DNA from: Oligoflexus sp.
GTDB taxonomy: Bacteria; Bdellovibrionota_B; Oligoflexia; Oligoflexales; Oligoflexaceae
NCBI GenBank assembly: GCA_041736305.1
Contig: JBGSTX010000074.1
Location: forward strand, 1-64,000
Direction: 5' to 3'
DNA: 64,000 nt
The notes under the pieces are model-generated. The model was not told where the DNA came from and did no database searches. It saw nothing but the letters and a program-made list of their open reading frames with translations. Shown piece by piece: positions 26,844 to 36,051 of this stretch (the first letter of the stretch is position 1; each line of letters starts with the position of its first letter). Both the position numbers and the translations under genes were made by a program.

Positions 26844-28589
26844 CTAGGGAACAAATCGACTTTCTCCATTCTGCCAAACGCGAGGATGATCGATCATGAA
26901 TTTAACTAGACTATTCTTGAGGTGATCGTCGAAAGCTTGCGGCTGCATTCGCTCTTTCATTTCAAAGATAATGTCTTTTTTCTCTTGCTCGAGATTGGCT
27001 AAATACTCTTGCTTGAGCAATGAATAACGCTCAGGCTGACGCTCCCGCATCTTTTGCAACTCATGATTCACTTGCCTTTTTGCTTCGATAATATTGTAGC
27101 CCTTCTTAGCTGACGAAGATCCTGACGACCCTTCAGTAGCCGCTGGTGAGATCGACGAAGGCTTGCTCAAGATCGGCTGAATAGGAGGCAAAGATGGGGA
27201 TAATCCTTCAAGTCTTGCTTCTGCTTCTACTTTTACTTTTGCCTTGGCTTTAGTATGCGTGGCGAGATACTCCAGTACCTCTGGCTGCCGAAGGCTTACT
27301 GGAGTTGCAAGACTGGATCGATGGATACGTTCAATGTCTCGTCTGTAGTCACTTTGATCTATTAAGATACGCGCAAAGCGCAGCACATTTTCTTTTGAAC
27401 TTGTTCCCGTCACAATGCGAAAAGCTTCGCTTTCACGGACCCAGGGCGGGAGGCTCATGGGATGGGGAGCATCTATTCTTAACTTCCATTCGAAATAGAG
27501 AGCTGGAAGAGACAAAAGTAAATTGCCCTCAATCCGGAGGTAAGTAGATTTCTCACCTTCAGTAAAGCTCAAAATCTCCTTCCAAAGCTGGTGTGCAGCT
27601 TCCGGTCCTCTTTCGGAATGATGGGAAAGAACTGGAATTAAGGCTTCAATCGTCCCCTGCATGCGCTGCTCCTGAAAAAACTGGGCACAGCGCGCTTCGT
27701 GAACCATTATCGCTTGCCTCTCACCAAGGATTTCTCGGCCGAACCATATGACTGCAAGGGGATCGGTATCGTCATCAACCGCCAAAAATTCGACCTCCTG
27801 GCCAGCCCCAAGCAAACCATGATCACTGAGCTTTCGCCCTACTTTCTTTAATAGGCGCAACTTCTGATTGAATTGGCTTAGAGGCTCTTTAATCTCTGTT
27901 GCTTTGCGAGCTGGTAATTCGATGTCCGCAAAAATTTCATCGAAACTTTTTCCAAAGAGACTATCCCAATGAAGGTGACTTCTTTCCCAGAAGGTAGCTT
28001 TCTGCAGCTGCAAAAATACAAACTGTTCGAGGTTCACCATATCGAGCCAGACTGATGGCCGCAGAGGAAGCGGCGCAAAGCTCCCCAGATAGCGGTGAAC
28101 TCGCGACTTACCTTCTATGAGTCTTTGCAGCTCGCGATAAGGCTCGGCATATCCAAGAATTAATTCTGGCGCTAGGGGTGAAAGCTTATAGGCTGTCTGC
28201 CAGACACCTGATTGGGCCTGCCGTCGCTCTTCGCGCTCGAAAAGAAGACAAGGTTCGGTTGCATCTTGAGGATTACGGGGGGATATTGGCTCAATTCGAA
28301 TCGCTCGCAGGAGCTGGATGATTCTCTGAAAGAGAAAACTCTTGAGTCGGCTCCTATCGGGATTATGTTTTTGTAAGCTTTCGCCCTCAAACGTGACCCA
28401 ATCTTCATCACGAAGGATCTGCTCTTGCATCAGCTGTATAAGGACAAGGAGGCCGTTGAGTTCGGTATCCGTCAACGCAGGGCTCAGGCCAGAAGCGGCA
28501 CTCATGCTAAGAGGGTCGATAGTAAAACGCCGGGCCTGTTGCGCTATTTCAAAGGCCCGAATCCACCAAAGTGGAGTCATAAAGGACAT
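26844..28589 (-). CDS. Hypothetical protein; N-terminal half resembles winged-helix replication initiators
   Basis: 581-aa ORF; WH1/WH2-like pattern seen by eye (see findings). Confidence 0.6.
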   Translation of the reverse strand: MSFMTPLWWIRAFEIAQQARRFTIDPLSMSAASGLSPALTDTELNGLLVLIQLMQEQILRDEDWVTFEGESLQKHNPDRSRLKSFLFQRIIQLLRAIRIEPISPRNPQDATEPCLLFEREERRQAQSGVWQTAYKLSPLAPELILGYAEPYRELQRLIEGKSRVHRYLGSFAPLPLRPSVWLDMVNLEQFVFLQLQKATFWERSHLHWDSLFGKSFDEIFADIELPARKATEIKEPLSQFNQKLRLLKKVGRKLSDHGLLGAGQEVEFLAVDDDTDPLAVIWFGREILGERQAIMVHEARCAQFFQEQRMQGTIEALIPVLSHHSERGPEAAHQLWKEILSFTEGEKSTYLRIEGNLLLSLPALYFEWKLRIDAPHPMSLPPWVRESEAFRIVTGTSSKENVLRFARILIDQSDYRRDIERIHRSSLATPVSLRQPEVLEYLATHTKAKAKVKVEAEARLEGLSPSLPPIQPILSKPSSISPAATEGSSGSSSAKKGYNIIEAKRQVNHELQKMRERQPERYSLLKQEYLANLEQEKKDIIFEMKERMQPQAFDDHLKNSLVKFMIDHPRVWQNGESRFVP

Positions 28590-28716
28590 GTAATTCTCTT
28601 CCGCCCAGGGAAACTTTCGAGCTAGCCTTCTTCACCTAAGAGGCGACATTCTGCAGAGCAAACCCCAGAAACGCAAGTGCATAGGATAACGCGCCAGAGA
28701 TGTCTGACGGGCTAAT

Positions 28717-29361
28717 CTAGAGGTCTTGTGGAAATGCTTGCCGATTCTGAGCTAGTTGCTGAAGATGTGGCCGAGAGCTTTCCTGGCAGAATTGCTGCAG
28801 ATCTCTCATGAGAGAGTTCATTTGGCTTTGATTCATTTTCATCTGTATATAAACGGCATAGGAAAGGGGAATAGAAGCCTTAATATCTTCACTATCCACT
28901 TTTTCGTAGTAAATATCTTGGACTAGATCGCTCTTGAGTTGCTTAGCAAGGGTCTCGCCTAACTTAGCTTCGAACAGCTGCATATCTTCGCCACTGAGTT
29001 GGCCCAAGCTCCCTTGGCTTTTCCAGTAATCCAATAAGAAATCACGGACCTTTAGCCGCATATTCGATAATGCCAATTCATATGCTTGATCAAGGCCCAA
29101 GGTAATATCTAGTATTTTATCTTTTCGGGCCACCAACTGGTATTCAGCTTGCCCAGGTGCCCATACTTGGGCTGCCAGATCTTCCCGCCCAGACGGCTGA
29201 GAGCCTTGCATGACGGCTGCCAACCAGGAAGGTCTCTCTTGACGGCTACGCTCAATGACACGCATTTCTGTGGGTGAAGTTCCACTTGTGGACCGACAAG
29301 ACCAAGAAGAAAGAGCTATCAGTAATGGGCCAATAGCATATAATTTTATTAGTAATTTCAA
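28717..29361 (-). CDS. Putative lipoprotein (LPP20-like)
   Basis: Lipobox-like SSWSC, RPSW motif, DIYYEK. Confidence 0.65.
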   Translation of the reverse strand: MKLLIKLYAIGPLLIALSSWSCRSTSGTSPTEMRVIERSRQERPSWLAAVMQGSQPSGREDLAAQVWAPGQAEYQLVARKDKILDITLGLDQAYELALSNMRLKVRDFLLDYWKSQGSLGQLSGEDMQLFEAKLGETLAKQLKSDLVQDIYYEKVDSEDIKASIPLSYAVYIQMKMNQSQMNSLMRDLQQFCQESSRPHLQQLAQNRQAFPQDL

Positions 29362-29379
29362 TATATTTTACCTCTAGAC

Positions 29380-29586
29380 TCACTTTTTTCGTAGACGCGA
29401 TTCATCACTCACTTGCGTCTTAGCCATCTGGTCGATAACACCAACTTTCGAGGTGCCTCGAATTTGGCGCATTTTATCGAGTACTTTTTCCATAAGAAGC
29501 GGGTCGCTTTTGATTATTTCCCTCAGAATTTCAACTTCGTCAGTGGATCCACGTTCTTTGGTCTTTTGACTTTGGCTCTTGCTCAT
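29380..29586 (-). CDS. Small hypothetical protein (68 aa)
   Basis: AAGGGG SD before ATG 29586; own sigma28-like promoter. Confidence 0.65.
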   Translation of the reverse strand: MSKSQSQKTKERGSTDEVEILREIIKSDPLLMEKVLDKMRQIRGTSKVGVIDQMAKTQVSDESRLRKK

Positions 29587-29606
29587 GGACACCCCTTTTT
29601 TATGAC

Positions 29607-29633
29607 TTATCGGAAAGAATTTCTTCGAGTTAA
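29607..29633 (-). promoter_or_regulatory. sigma28-like promoter
   Basis: TTAA-N15-TCCGATAA. Confidence 0.65.
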
Positions 29634-29637
29634 GCCT

Positions 29638-30327
29638 TTAGGGATAAAGAGTCTGAATATGCTCCTGATCCAAGTCGCTCAGGATTCGGGACGTCATTAA
29701 TGGACCAATATATGTCTTAGCATGCATAACGGAGTCAGGATCGAGCTCGACTTCAACATGATCGAGACCTATCAGATGGCCAAATTCATGAACTAAAACC
29801 GATTCGGCGTCGACAATGCTGTCTTGGTTTTCATCCGCCTTCAAAGGCAGCTTCGAGTCCACGAAACTGTAAGACTCCAGGTTTAGAATCACATCACCTT
29901 TAATAATGCGATCCGAAGAGCCATCGTTTTCCCAGACGGTCGTCGCCAAAGTCAAGTCAGATTTGCCAGTCGTGGCTTTCCAGTCTTTCTCAAGATAAAC
30001 GGTAGTGACCTCATCATCGAGACTGCCGTAAAGGGTGCCATCACGAGAAACTTCGCGGATTCCTGCAAAATTTAGAATTTCTCTACCCACAGCTTTATTC
30101 CAGCGTTCAGCTGCATTGATAGTGCTTTCTACAATATGATCCGACGCTAAGTTCGAGACATAAACGTCTACGACCTGAGTCCAACCCGTCAGAGTGTGGA
30201 AAGGAGTTCCGTCAGTTAAAGATGCAGAACTTGCTGCCTGTGAGTCATGGCTGGAATGGCGCGATACGTTAAAGAGGCCACAGGCGTTTAGTGTAAGAGC
30301 TAATGTTGAGAGAATGAGAATACGCAT
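29638..30327 (-). CDS. Matrixin/metzincin-family metalloprotease lipoprotein
   Basis: Lipobox LNAC; HEFGHLIGLDH zinc motif and SVM Met-turn. Confidence 0.9.
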   Translation of the reverse strand: MRILILSTLALTLNACGLFNVSRHSSHDSQAASSASLTDGTPFHTLTGWTQVVDVYVSNLASDHIVESTINAAERWNKAVGREILNFAGIREVSRDGTLYGSLDDEVTTVYLEKDWKATTGKSDLTLATTVWENDGSSDRIIKGDVILNLESYSFVDSKLPLKADENQDSIVDAESVLVHEFGHLIGLDHVEVELDPDSVMHAKTYIGPLMTSRILSDLDQEHIQTLYP

Positions 30328-30383
30328 GCTGCCTCCGCAACGTTCGTTTCTCTAATCTCTAGGATCCACATCTTACTTAAAAC

Positions 30384-30410
30384 TCTTCGGCCTCGTTTTG
30401 GAGCTTTTGA
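30384..30410 (-). promoter_or_regulatory. sigma28-like promoter (IHF-consensus TATCAACATTTTA nearby at 30444-30456)
   Basis: TCAA-N15-GCCGAAGA. Confidence 0.55.
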
Positions 30411-30462
30411 GCAGATTTAATTTAATCTCATTAAACTCTTTTATATCAACATTTTACAAAAA

Positions 30463-31152
30463 TCACAAAAGATGCTTTGCGAGTCCGATTTGAAACTCTC
30501 GAGCCGACTTTTCTAGATCGAGACTTTCTTTCGACGTGTAAGCAAAGTCGGATTGTTCCATTTGAAAACGTAGAGCCCAGCTAAGCTGGTAAAAGTAGTC
30601 AAAGGCCCAGCGAAAGCTTCGAACATCTCCACTAACTGCAATATTTTCCGAGGCAAAAGGCGTTTTGAGTCTTAAGCGTTCGATTCTCTGCCAACCGTAG
30701 GTAAAGGTGCTAAGAGTCCGCCAGCGCTCGTTAATATTCCAGACCAGTCCCACAGAAATACCGGGCAGGGAGAATGAACGATCCACTTTAAAGGCATCCG
30801 CATCCTTCACCGCTTCTTCGATTACCCAGCTGGCACCTGTTCCAAGGGTATAACCGAGGCTGCCGAAGAGAGGGAGGTGAAAGCTGTAGTCTACCTCTAA
30901 CTCGAAAGCGTCTGACTTCGCTTGAAAAGACTCGGAGGTACGCTGCAAATAACCTTTCCAATGGTTCTGTGCAAAGCCCAGGTTAAAAGAAAAATTGTGG
31001 TCATGTCGAAACCCACGCACAACTCGCTCCCAATCAACCTTTTCCGGAAAGACTGGGTCGGGCTCGGCATCGAGAGCTTCCTGAGCTTTAGACACTTCTG
31101 CTAGCCCAATTACTAACACGAACAGCACTTTGTCCAAGAAAGAGCTTGTCAT
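30463..31152 (-). CDS. Putative outer-membrane beta-barrel protein
   Basis: Signal-peptide-like N-terminus and alternating aromatic beta strands; start uncertain. Confidence 0.6.
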   Translation of the reverse strand: MTSSFLDKVLFVLVIGLAEVSKAQEALDAEPDPVFPEKVDWERVVRGFRHDHNFSFNLGFAQNHWKGYLQRTSESFQAKSDAFELEVDYSFHLPLFGSLGYTLGTGASWVIEEAVKDADAFKVDRSFSLPGISVGLVWNINERWRTLSTFTYGWQRIERLRLKTPFASENIAVSGDVRSFRWAFDYFYQLSWALRFQMEQSDFAYTSKESLDLEKSAREFQIGLAKHLL

Positions 31153-31277
31153 AGGGCCCACCCAGCAAAGCATTCGCACTACAGTTTTCGTGAGAATATC
31201 GTTATGATGTTACGCTTCGACCTGAACCTATACATTTAGACAGATCTCACAGAGCAGTTGCAGGAAAGGTCTTTCAG

Positions 31278-32453
31278 ATGCTGCCACTACCCGAATCTTT
31301 CGATCAGTTACCCTGGGACGTCCTAGGTATTTCAGGACTCGTTTTCTTAATTTTTACGGCTATACTTTTTGGTTTAGTCCGCCGCTCCAAACACCTGCAA
31401 AAACAAGCCGCACTTAAAGCTGCTGCTGAAGCAAGTGCTGGTATTTCAAAGCAGAGTCCCGCGACTCCCAGCGAAGCCCCCGCCACGCCTATCGCACGCG
31501 CACCCAGCGATGTGAACGATATCCTCCAAGATAATCAGCAGTCTTGGTTAGGCCGTTTACGAGCCGGTCTCAGCAAGACGAGGCAGCAGCTCAGCGATAA
31601 CCTCAGCCGCCTCCTGAGTGGTGGGCAGCTGATCGATGACAAAACCCTGGAGCAGGTGCACGAGGTATTGTACCGCAGTGATATGGGAGTCGAAACAGCT
31701 GATCAGTTAGTTGCGGCATTGAAGCAACGCTTCGGCGGAAGTAAGGAAGCTCCAACTTGGCCCATGATCGCGGCGGCTTTGCAAGAATCCATAGAAACAA
31801 GCATGGGTGCACCAGAACCTCCCCTCAATCAGCCTGCGGAAGGGCCACTTGTCATCCTGGTCGTAGGCGTAAATGGAGTAGGTAAAACAACAAGTATTGG
31901 CAAGCTGGCAGCCAGATTTCTAGCTCAGGGGAAATCCGTTCTCCTTGCAGCTGGTGACACCTATCGTGCCGCGGCAATAGAGCAGCTGCAGGTATGGGGT
32001 GATCGATTATCTGTGCCTGTAATTCGCCATCAACAAGGCTCAGACCCAGCTTCAGTTGCGTTCGATGCTGTGAAAGCGGCCAAGGCACGCGCGGTTGACG
32101 TTCTTTTAATCGATACCGCGGGACGTCTGCACAATAAACAGGAACTGATGGACGAGCTGGCCAAGATCAAGAAAGTGATCGGTCGAGAGTTACCCAGCGC
32201 GCCTCATGAAACTTGGCTCGTCATCGATGCGACAACCGGACAAAACGCGATCGTTCAGGTGAAAGCTTTCGGCGAATTGATCCAGCTCTCCGGACTCATT
32301 GTAACCAAATTGGATGGAACGGCCAAAGGAGGAGTCATCATTGGCATCCGCCAACGATTCCAGCTTCCCATTAGGTATATAGGCGTCGGGGAAAAGGCTG
32401 CAGACTTGAAAGAATTTTCAATCCACGAATTTACTTCATCTCTGTTTGCATGA
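31278..32453 (+). CDS. ftsY: Signal recognition particle receptor FtsY with N-terminal transmembrane helix
   Basis: GVNGVGKTTSIGKLA, DTAGRLH, DATTGQN, TKLDGTAKGG. Confidence 0.97.
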   Translation: MLPLPESFDQLPWDVLGISGLVFLIFTAILFGLVRRSKHLQKQAALKAAAEASAGISKQSPATPSEAPATPIARAPSDVNDILQDNQQSWLGRLRAGLSKTRQQLSDNLSRLLSGGQLIDDKTLEQVHEVLYRSDMGVETADQLVAALKQRFGGSKEAPTWPMIAAALQESIETSMGAPEPPLNQPAEGPLVILVVGVNGVGKTTSIGKLAARFLAQGKSVLLAAGDTYRAAAIEQLQVWGDRLSVPVIRHQQGSDPASVAFDAVKAAKARAVDVLLIDTAGRLHNKQELMDELAKIKKVIGRELPSAPHETWLVIDATTGQNAIVQVKAFGELIQLSGLIVTKLDGTAKGGVIIGIRQRFQLPIRYIGVGEKAADLKEFSIHEFTSSLFA

Positions 32454-32464
32454 AGAAGAAGGAA

Positions 32465-32541
32465 TGGTGCGGCTACCCTGACTCGAACAGGGGACCTCCA
32501 CGATGTCAACGTGGCGCTCTAACCAACTGAGCTATAGCCGC
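32465..32541 (-). tRNA. tRNA-Val(GAC)
   Basis: Cloverleaf GCGGCTA...TAGCCGC-ACCA, anticodon loop TTGACAT. Confidence 0.96.
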
Positions 32542-32649
32542 GAGGAGATGTAGCAGGCAAAAAAATCGAACTCGTTTAAACCGAGAATATTCGAGGCTTG
32601 CTGCCAGAGCACCTTTTTTAACGGCAGCCTCCCTGCTTTGTCAATCGCT

Positions 32650-34725
32650 TTAGTTCGTGCGTCCCGTGATTTTTTGAAGGACTGCGTCAGGAACTTGCTC
32701 ATACGAAGAAAAACGCATGGTGTAGGTCGCTCGCCCCTGAGAAATAGAACGCAAATCAGTCGTATAGCCAAACATTTCCGAAAGAGGCGCAGTTGCCTGC
32801 ACTTCCTGTAGGTGCCCACGGAGTCCGACATTACTTACCCGGGCGCGGCGACTGTTCAAATCTTTGATTATGTTAGAGAGGAATTCATCAGGAACGAGGA
32901 CCTCTAGGCTCATCGTCGGCTCCAGCAAAAGGGGCTTGCCCGCGCGAAACGCATCTCTCATCGCAAAACTAGTCGCAATTTTGAAAGCTGATGCTTCGGA
33001 TCGTTCTGGATCCACTTTCACATCGACAAGCGTGACGCTCACGGCAGTCATCGGGTAACCCGCAATGACCCCAACCTGCACAGCTTCTTCCGCCCCGGCT
33101 TTGACAGCCCGCAACAACTCATCGTTCAATTTTTCTTTCGGCACTTTGTTTTCAAAAGTGAGGACGGTGCCCTGCACTCCGGGACCAACTTTTAAGAACA
33201 CCTGGGCAAACTGATTAAGCTTTTCTGTTTCACGCTCGAAAGTCTTTTCAACTTGAACTTCGTTCGAAACCGTCTCTCTGTAGTTGACTTGAGGCTTACC
33301 AACATTCGCTGCCACTTTGAATTCGCGGAAAAGCCGGTCAACGATAATTTCTAGATGCAGCTCGCCCATTCCACTGATGAGCATTTGCCCTGTTTCTTGA
33401 TTATTACTGACGCGGAAAGTTGGATCTTCATTTTCAAATCGCTCGAGACCTTTAGCGAGTTTTTGGGCATCAGCGGTGCTTTTAGGTTCGATAGCGATAG
33501 AAATCACTGGTTCGGGAATTTCTAGAGACTCGAGCACGATCGGGTGTTTGGAATCACAAAGCGTATCGCCTGTAGCGACCATTTTTAGGCCAGAAACAGC
33601 AGCGATATCACCAGCCTCTATTGATTGCACTTCCTGCCTTTGGTTGGCTTCCATCCGCAAGATTTTAGAGATGCGTTCACGCTTGCCTGTCCTGACGTTG
33701 AGGACGGTCTCGCCGTTTTCTAAACGACCTGCATATACCCGAATATAAGTAATCTGGCCTACGAATGGGTCTGTTTGAATCTTGAACGCTAACATCGCAA
33801 GAGGTTCATCTGCAGTTCGCTTCCGATGCACGATCCTATCAGGGTGGTCTGGGTGAGTGCCTTTAAGTTCAGGCATATCCAATGGCGAAGGAAGGTAAGC
33901 TGTCACTGCATCCAGAAGGGGCTGAATCCCTTTGTTTTTGAAAGCACTGCCGCAGAGCACAGGAACTATCTTCATCGCAATGCAACCTTTTCTGGTCGCA
34001 CGGCGAATGTCGTCTTCGCTCAGGGGCTTACCTTCTAGATATTTCTCGGTCGCCTCTTCGTCGAATTCCGATACTGATTCGATCAACTGCTCGCGCGCAA
34101 TCTCGGCTTCATCCTGAAATTCCTCAGGGATTTCTTCAGTTCGAAAAGACTGCCCGAGTGCATCGCCATCCCAGAATAGAGCCTTCATCTCTACCAAATC
34201 AATGATACCGCGAAAGCTGTCTTCACTCCCCATCGGCCATTGCAAAGCAACTGGATTTGCCGCAAGCCGGTCGCGCATCGATTGAATCGACTCTTCGAAA
34301 CTAGCTCCGACACGATCCATCTTATTGACAAATGCAAGCCGCGGAACACCGTACTTATCCGCTTGGCGCCAGACGGTTTCAGACTGCGGCTCGACTCCAT
34401 GGACTCCGTCGAATACAGCTACCGCACCATCCAATACACGCAGAGATCGCTCAACTTCGACAGTAAAGTCGACGTGCCCAGGTGTGTCGATGATGTTGAT
34501 CGTGTGCTCTTTCCAATAGCAGCTTATAGCCGCAGCAGTGATGGTGATACCACGCTCCTGCTCCTGCTCCATCCAATCCATAGTGGTATTACCATCGTGG
34601 ACTTCGCCGATTTTATGAATCTTGCCCGTATAGAAGAGGATGCGTTCGGTAGTTGTCGTTTTTCCTGCATCGATATGGGCCATAATTCCAATATTACGAA
34701 GACGGAGCAGATTAATTGGCTTCAT
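32650..34725 (-). CDS. fusA: Elongation factor G (divergent domain IV; EF-G2/recycling-type candidate)
   Basis: [26 protein letters not shown]; follows rpsG. Confidence 0.93.
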   Translation of the reverse strand: MKPINLLRLRNIGIMAHIDAGKTTTTERILFYTGKIHKIGEVHDGNTTMDWMEQEQERGITITAAAISCYWKEHTINIIDTPGHVDFTVEVERSLRVLDGAVAVFDGVHGVEPQSETVWRQADKYGVPRLAFVNKMDRVGASFEESIQSMRDRLAANPVALQWPMGSEDSFRGIIDLVEMKALFWDGDALGQSFRTEEIPEEFQDEAEIAREQLIESVSEFDEEATEKYLEGKPLSEDDIRRATRKGCIAMKIVPVLCGSAFKNKGIQPLLDAVTAYLPSPLDMPELKGTHPDHPDRIVHRKRTADEPLAMLAFKIQTDPFVGQITYIRVYAGRLENGETVLNVRTGKRERISKILRMEANQRQEVQSIEAGDIAAVSGLKMVATGDTLCDSKHPIVLESLEIPEPVISIAIEPKSTADAQKLAKGLERFENEDPTFRVSNNQETGQMLISGMGELHLEIIVDRLFREFKVAANVGKPQVNYRETVSNEVQVEKTFERETEKLNQFAQVFLKVGPGVQGTVLTFENKVPKEKLNDELLRAVKAGAEEAVQVGVIAGYPMTAVSVTLVDVKVDPERSEASAFKIATSFAMRDAFRAGKPLLLEPTMSLEVLVPDEFLSNIIKDLNSRRARVSNVGLRGHLQEVQATAPLSEMFGYTTDLRSISQGRATYTMRFSSYEQVPDAVLQKITGRTN

Positions 34726-34778
34726 GAAAAAATTGTCCTGTCGCGAATGCCCCGAAGAGTGAGGCCGTCAGCTCAAAT

Positions 34779-34825
34779 AAAAAAAACCGTTCGCAAGCCC
34801 ACCAGGACTTTAGCAGCGAACAGTT
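34779..34825 (-). terminator. Intrinsic terminator between rpsG and fusA
   Basis: Minus strand AACTGTTCGC...GCGAACGGTT followed by a T run. Confidence 0.65.
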
Positions 34826-34935
34826 CTTCAAATGGAGAAGCTATCTCAAAAATAGGGCTTGAGGGTCTGGCTTGGGGTCTCAGTGACCTGCGACACAAAT
34901 CCAAACGAACAGATCCTCGAATGCGCCATTGGCTT

Positions 34936-35403
34936 TTACCAGCGGTAATGAGCGAAAGCTTTGTTGGCTTCAGCCATCTTGTGTACGTCTTCACGACGCT
35001 TGATGGTTGCTCCACGCTTATTAGCAGCGTCCAGCATTTCACCAGCAAGACGCTCACGCATACTCTTGCCGCTACGCTTACGGGCGAATTCGATCAGCCA
35101 GCGAATGGCCAATGCTTGGCGACGCTCTGGACGAATTTCTACGGGCACTTGGTAGTTGGAACCACCAACGCGACGAGATTTTACTTCCAGCATAGGCTTG
35201 GCATTGTCGAGAGCCGAACGGAAGGTCTCAAGTGGATCGCTTCCGCTCTTTTCAATCTCAGACATCGCGCCGTAGAAAGCTTTCTCAGCAGCGGCCTTTT
35301 TGCCGTCCCGCATCATGCAGTTGACGAACTTCATTACGATTTCATCTTTAAAAACTGGGTCTGGAAGAACCAATCTTTTTTGTGCTACGTGGCGACGCGC
35401 CAT
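34936..35403 (-). CDS. rpsG: 30S ribosomal protein S7
   Basis: [30 protein letters not shown]. Confidence 0.98.
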   Translation of the reverse strand: MARRHVAQKRLVLPDPVFKDEIVMKFVNCMMRDGKKAAAEKAFYGAMSEIEKSGSDPLETFRSALDNAKPMLEVKSRRVGGSNYQVPVEIRPERRQALAIRWLIEFARKRSGKSMRERLAGEMLDAANKRGATIKRREDVHKMAEANKAFAHYRW

Positions 35404-35442
35404 TCTTCACTCCAAGTATAAAAAAGCTCTCTGCCTTTGAGA

Positions 35443-35817
35443 TTAAGCTTTCGGTCTTTTTGCGCCATATTTACTGCGGCTTTGACGACGCGCGTTTACG
35501 CCAGAGCAGTCGAGCGAACCACGGACGATGTGATAACGTACACCTGGCAAGTCTTTCACTTTACCACCTCTTACAAGAACCACACTGTGCTCCTGGAGGT
35601 TATGACCTTCACCACCGATATAAGATGTTACTTCAACACCATTCGTCAAACGAACGCGCGCGACTTTCCGCAACGCCGAGTTTGGTTTCTTGGGAGTCGT
35701 CGTATAAACGCGTGTACAAACCCCACGCTTCTGCGGGCAACCCTTGAGGGCCGGGGCTTTCGTCCGGTTTCTTTGGACGGTCCTACCTTTGGCTATTATC
35801 TGGTTGATCGTCGGCAT
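35443..35817 (-). CDS. rpsL: 30S ribosomal protein S12
   Basis: [18 protein letters not shown]. Confidence 0.98.
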   Translation of the reverse strand: MPTINQIIAKGRTVQRNRTKAPALKGCPQKRGVCTRVYTTTPKKPNSALRKVARVRLTNGVEVTSYIGGEGHNLQEHSVVLVRGGKVKDLPGVRYHIVRGSLDCSGVNARRQSRSKYGAKRPKA

Positions 35818-36008
35818 GCTCTTGTTTCCTTCACTTATGCGGCGAACTCAAACTTAAATGAGACCAAGACTGGGTCGCATCCACCGGCTCATTCTTTTCA
35901 GGTCTCACCGCCTGGTTCTGATGCAAGTTTCAGTTCGCTCGTCTTCACCTAACGCGAGGTATGTAGCAGTATCAATACGAGCCTAAGAAATCAAGCGCAT
36001 TCTAAGGT

Positions 36009-36032
36009 AAAAAGGGCCCATAACGGGCCCTT
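36009..36032 (-). terminator. Terminator after rpoC
   Basis: AAGGGCCC...GGGCCCTT stem with T run on the minus strand. Confidence 0.75.
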
Positions 36033-36051
36033 GGAATGCACTCAGTTCACT

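Noticed and set aside
32454-32649. tRNA-Val as an integration site for the Xer-like gene
   Set aside because: No duplicated tRNA 3' end seen, the flanks are core genes, and the recombinase is 25 kb away and lacks catalytic residues
34240-35952. Long plus-strand ORFs (393 aa, 171 aa) opposite fusA, rpsG and rpsL
   Set aside because: Antisense shadows of highly expressed genes; the same applies to those opposite rpoBC and tuf
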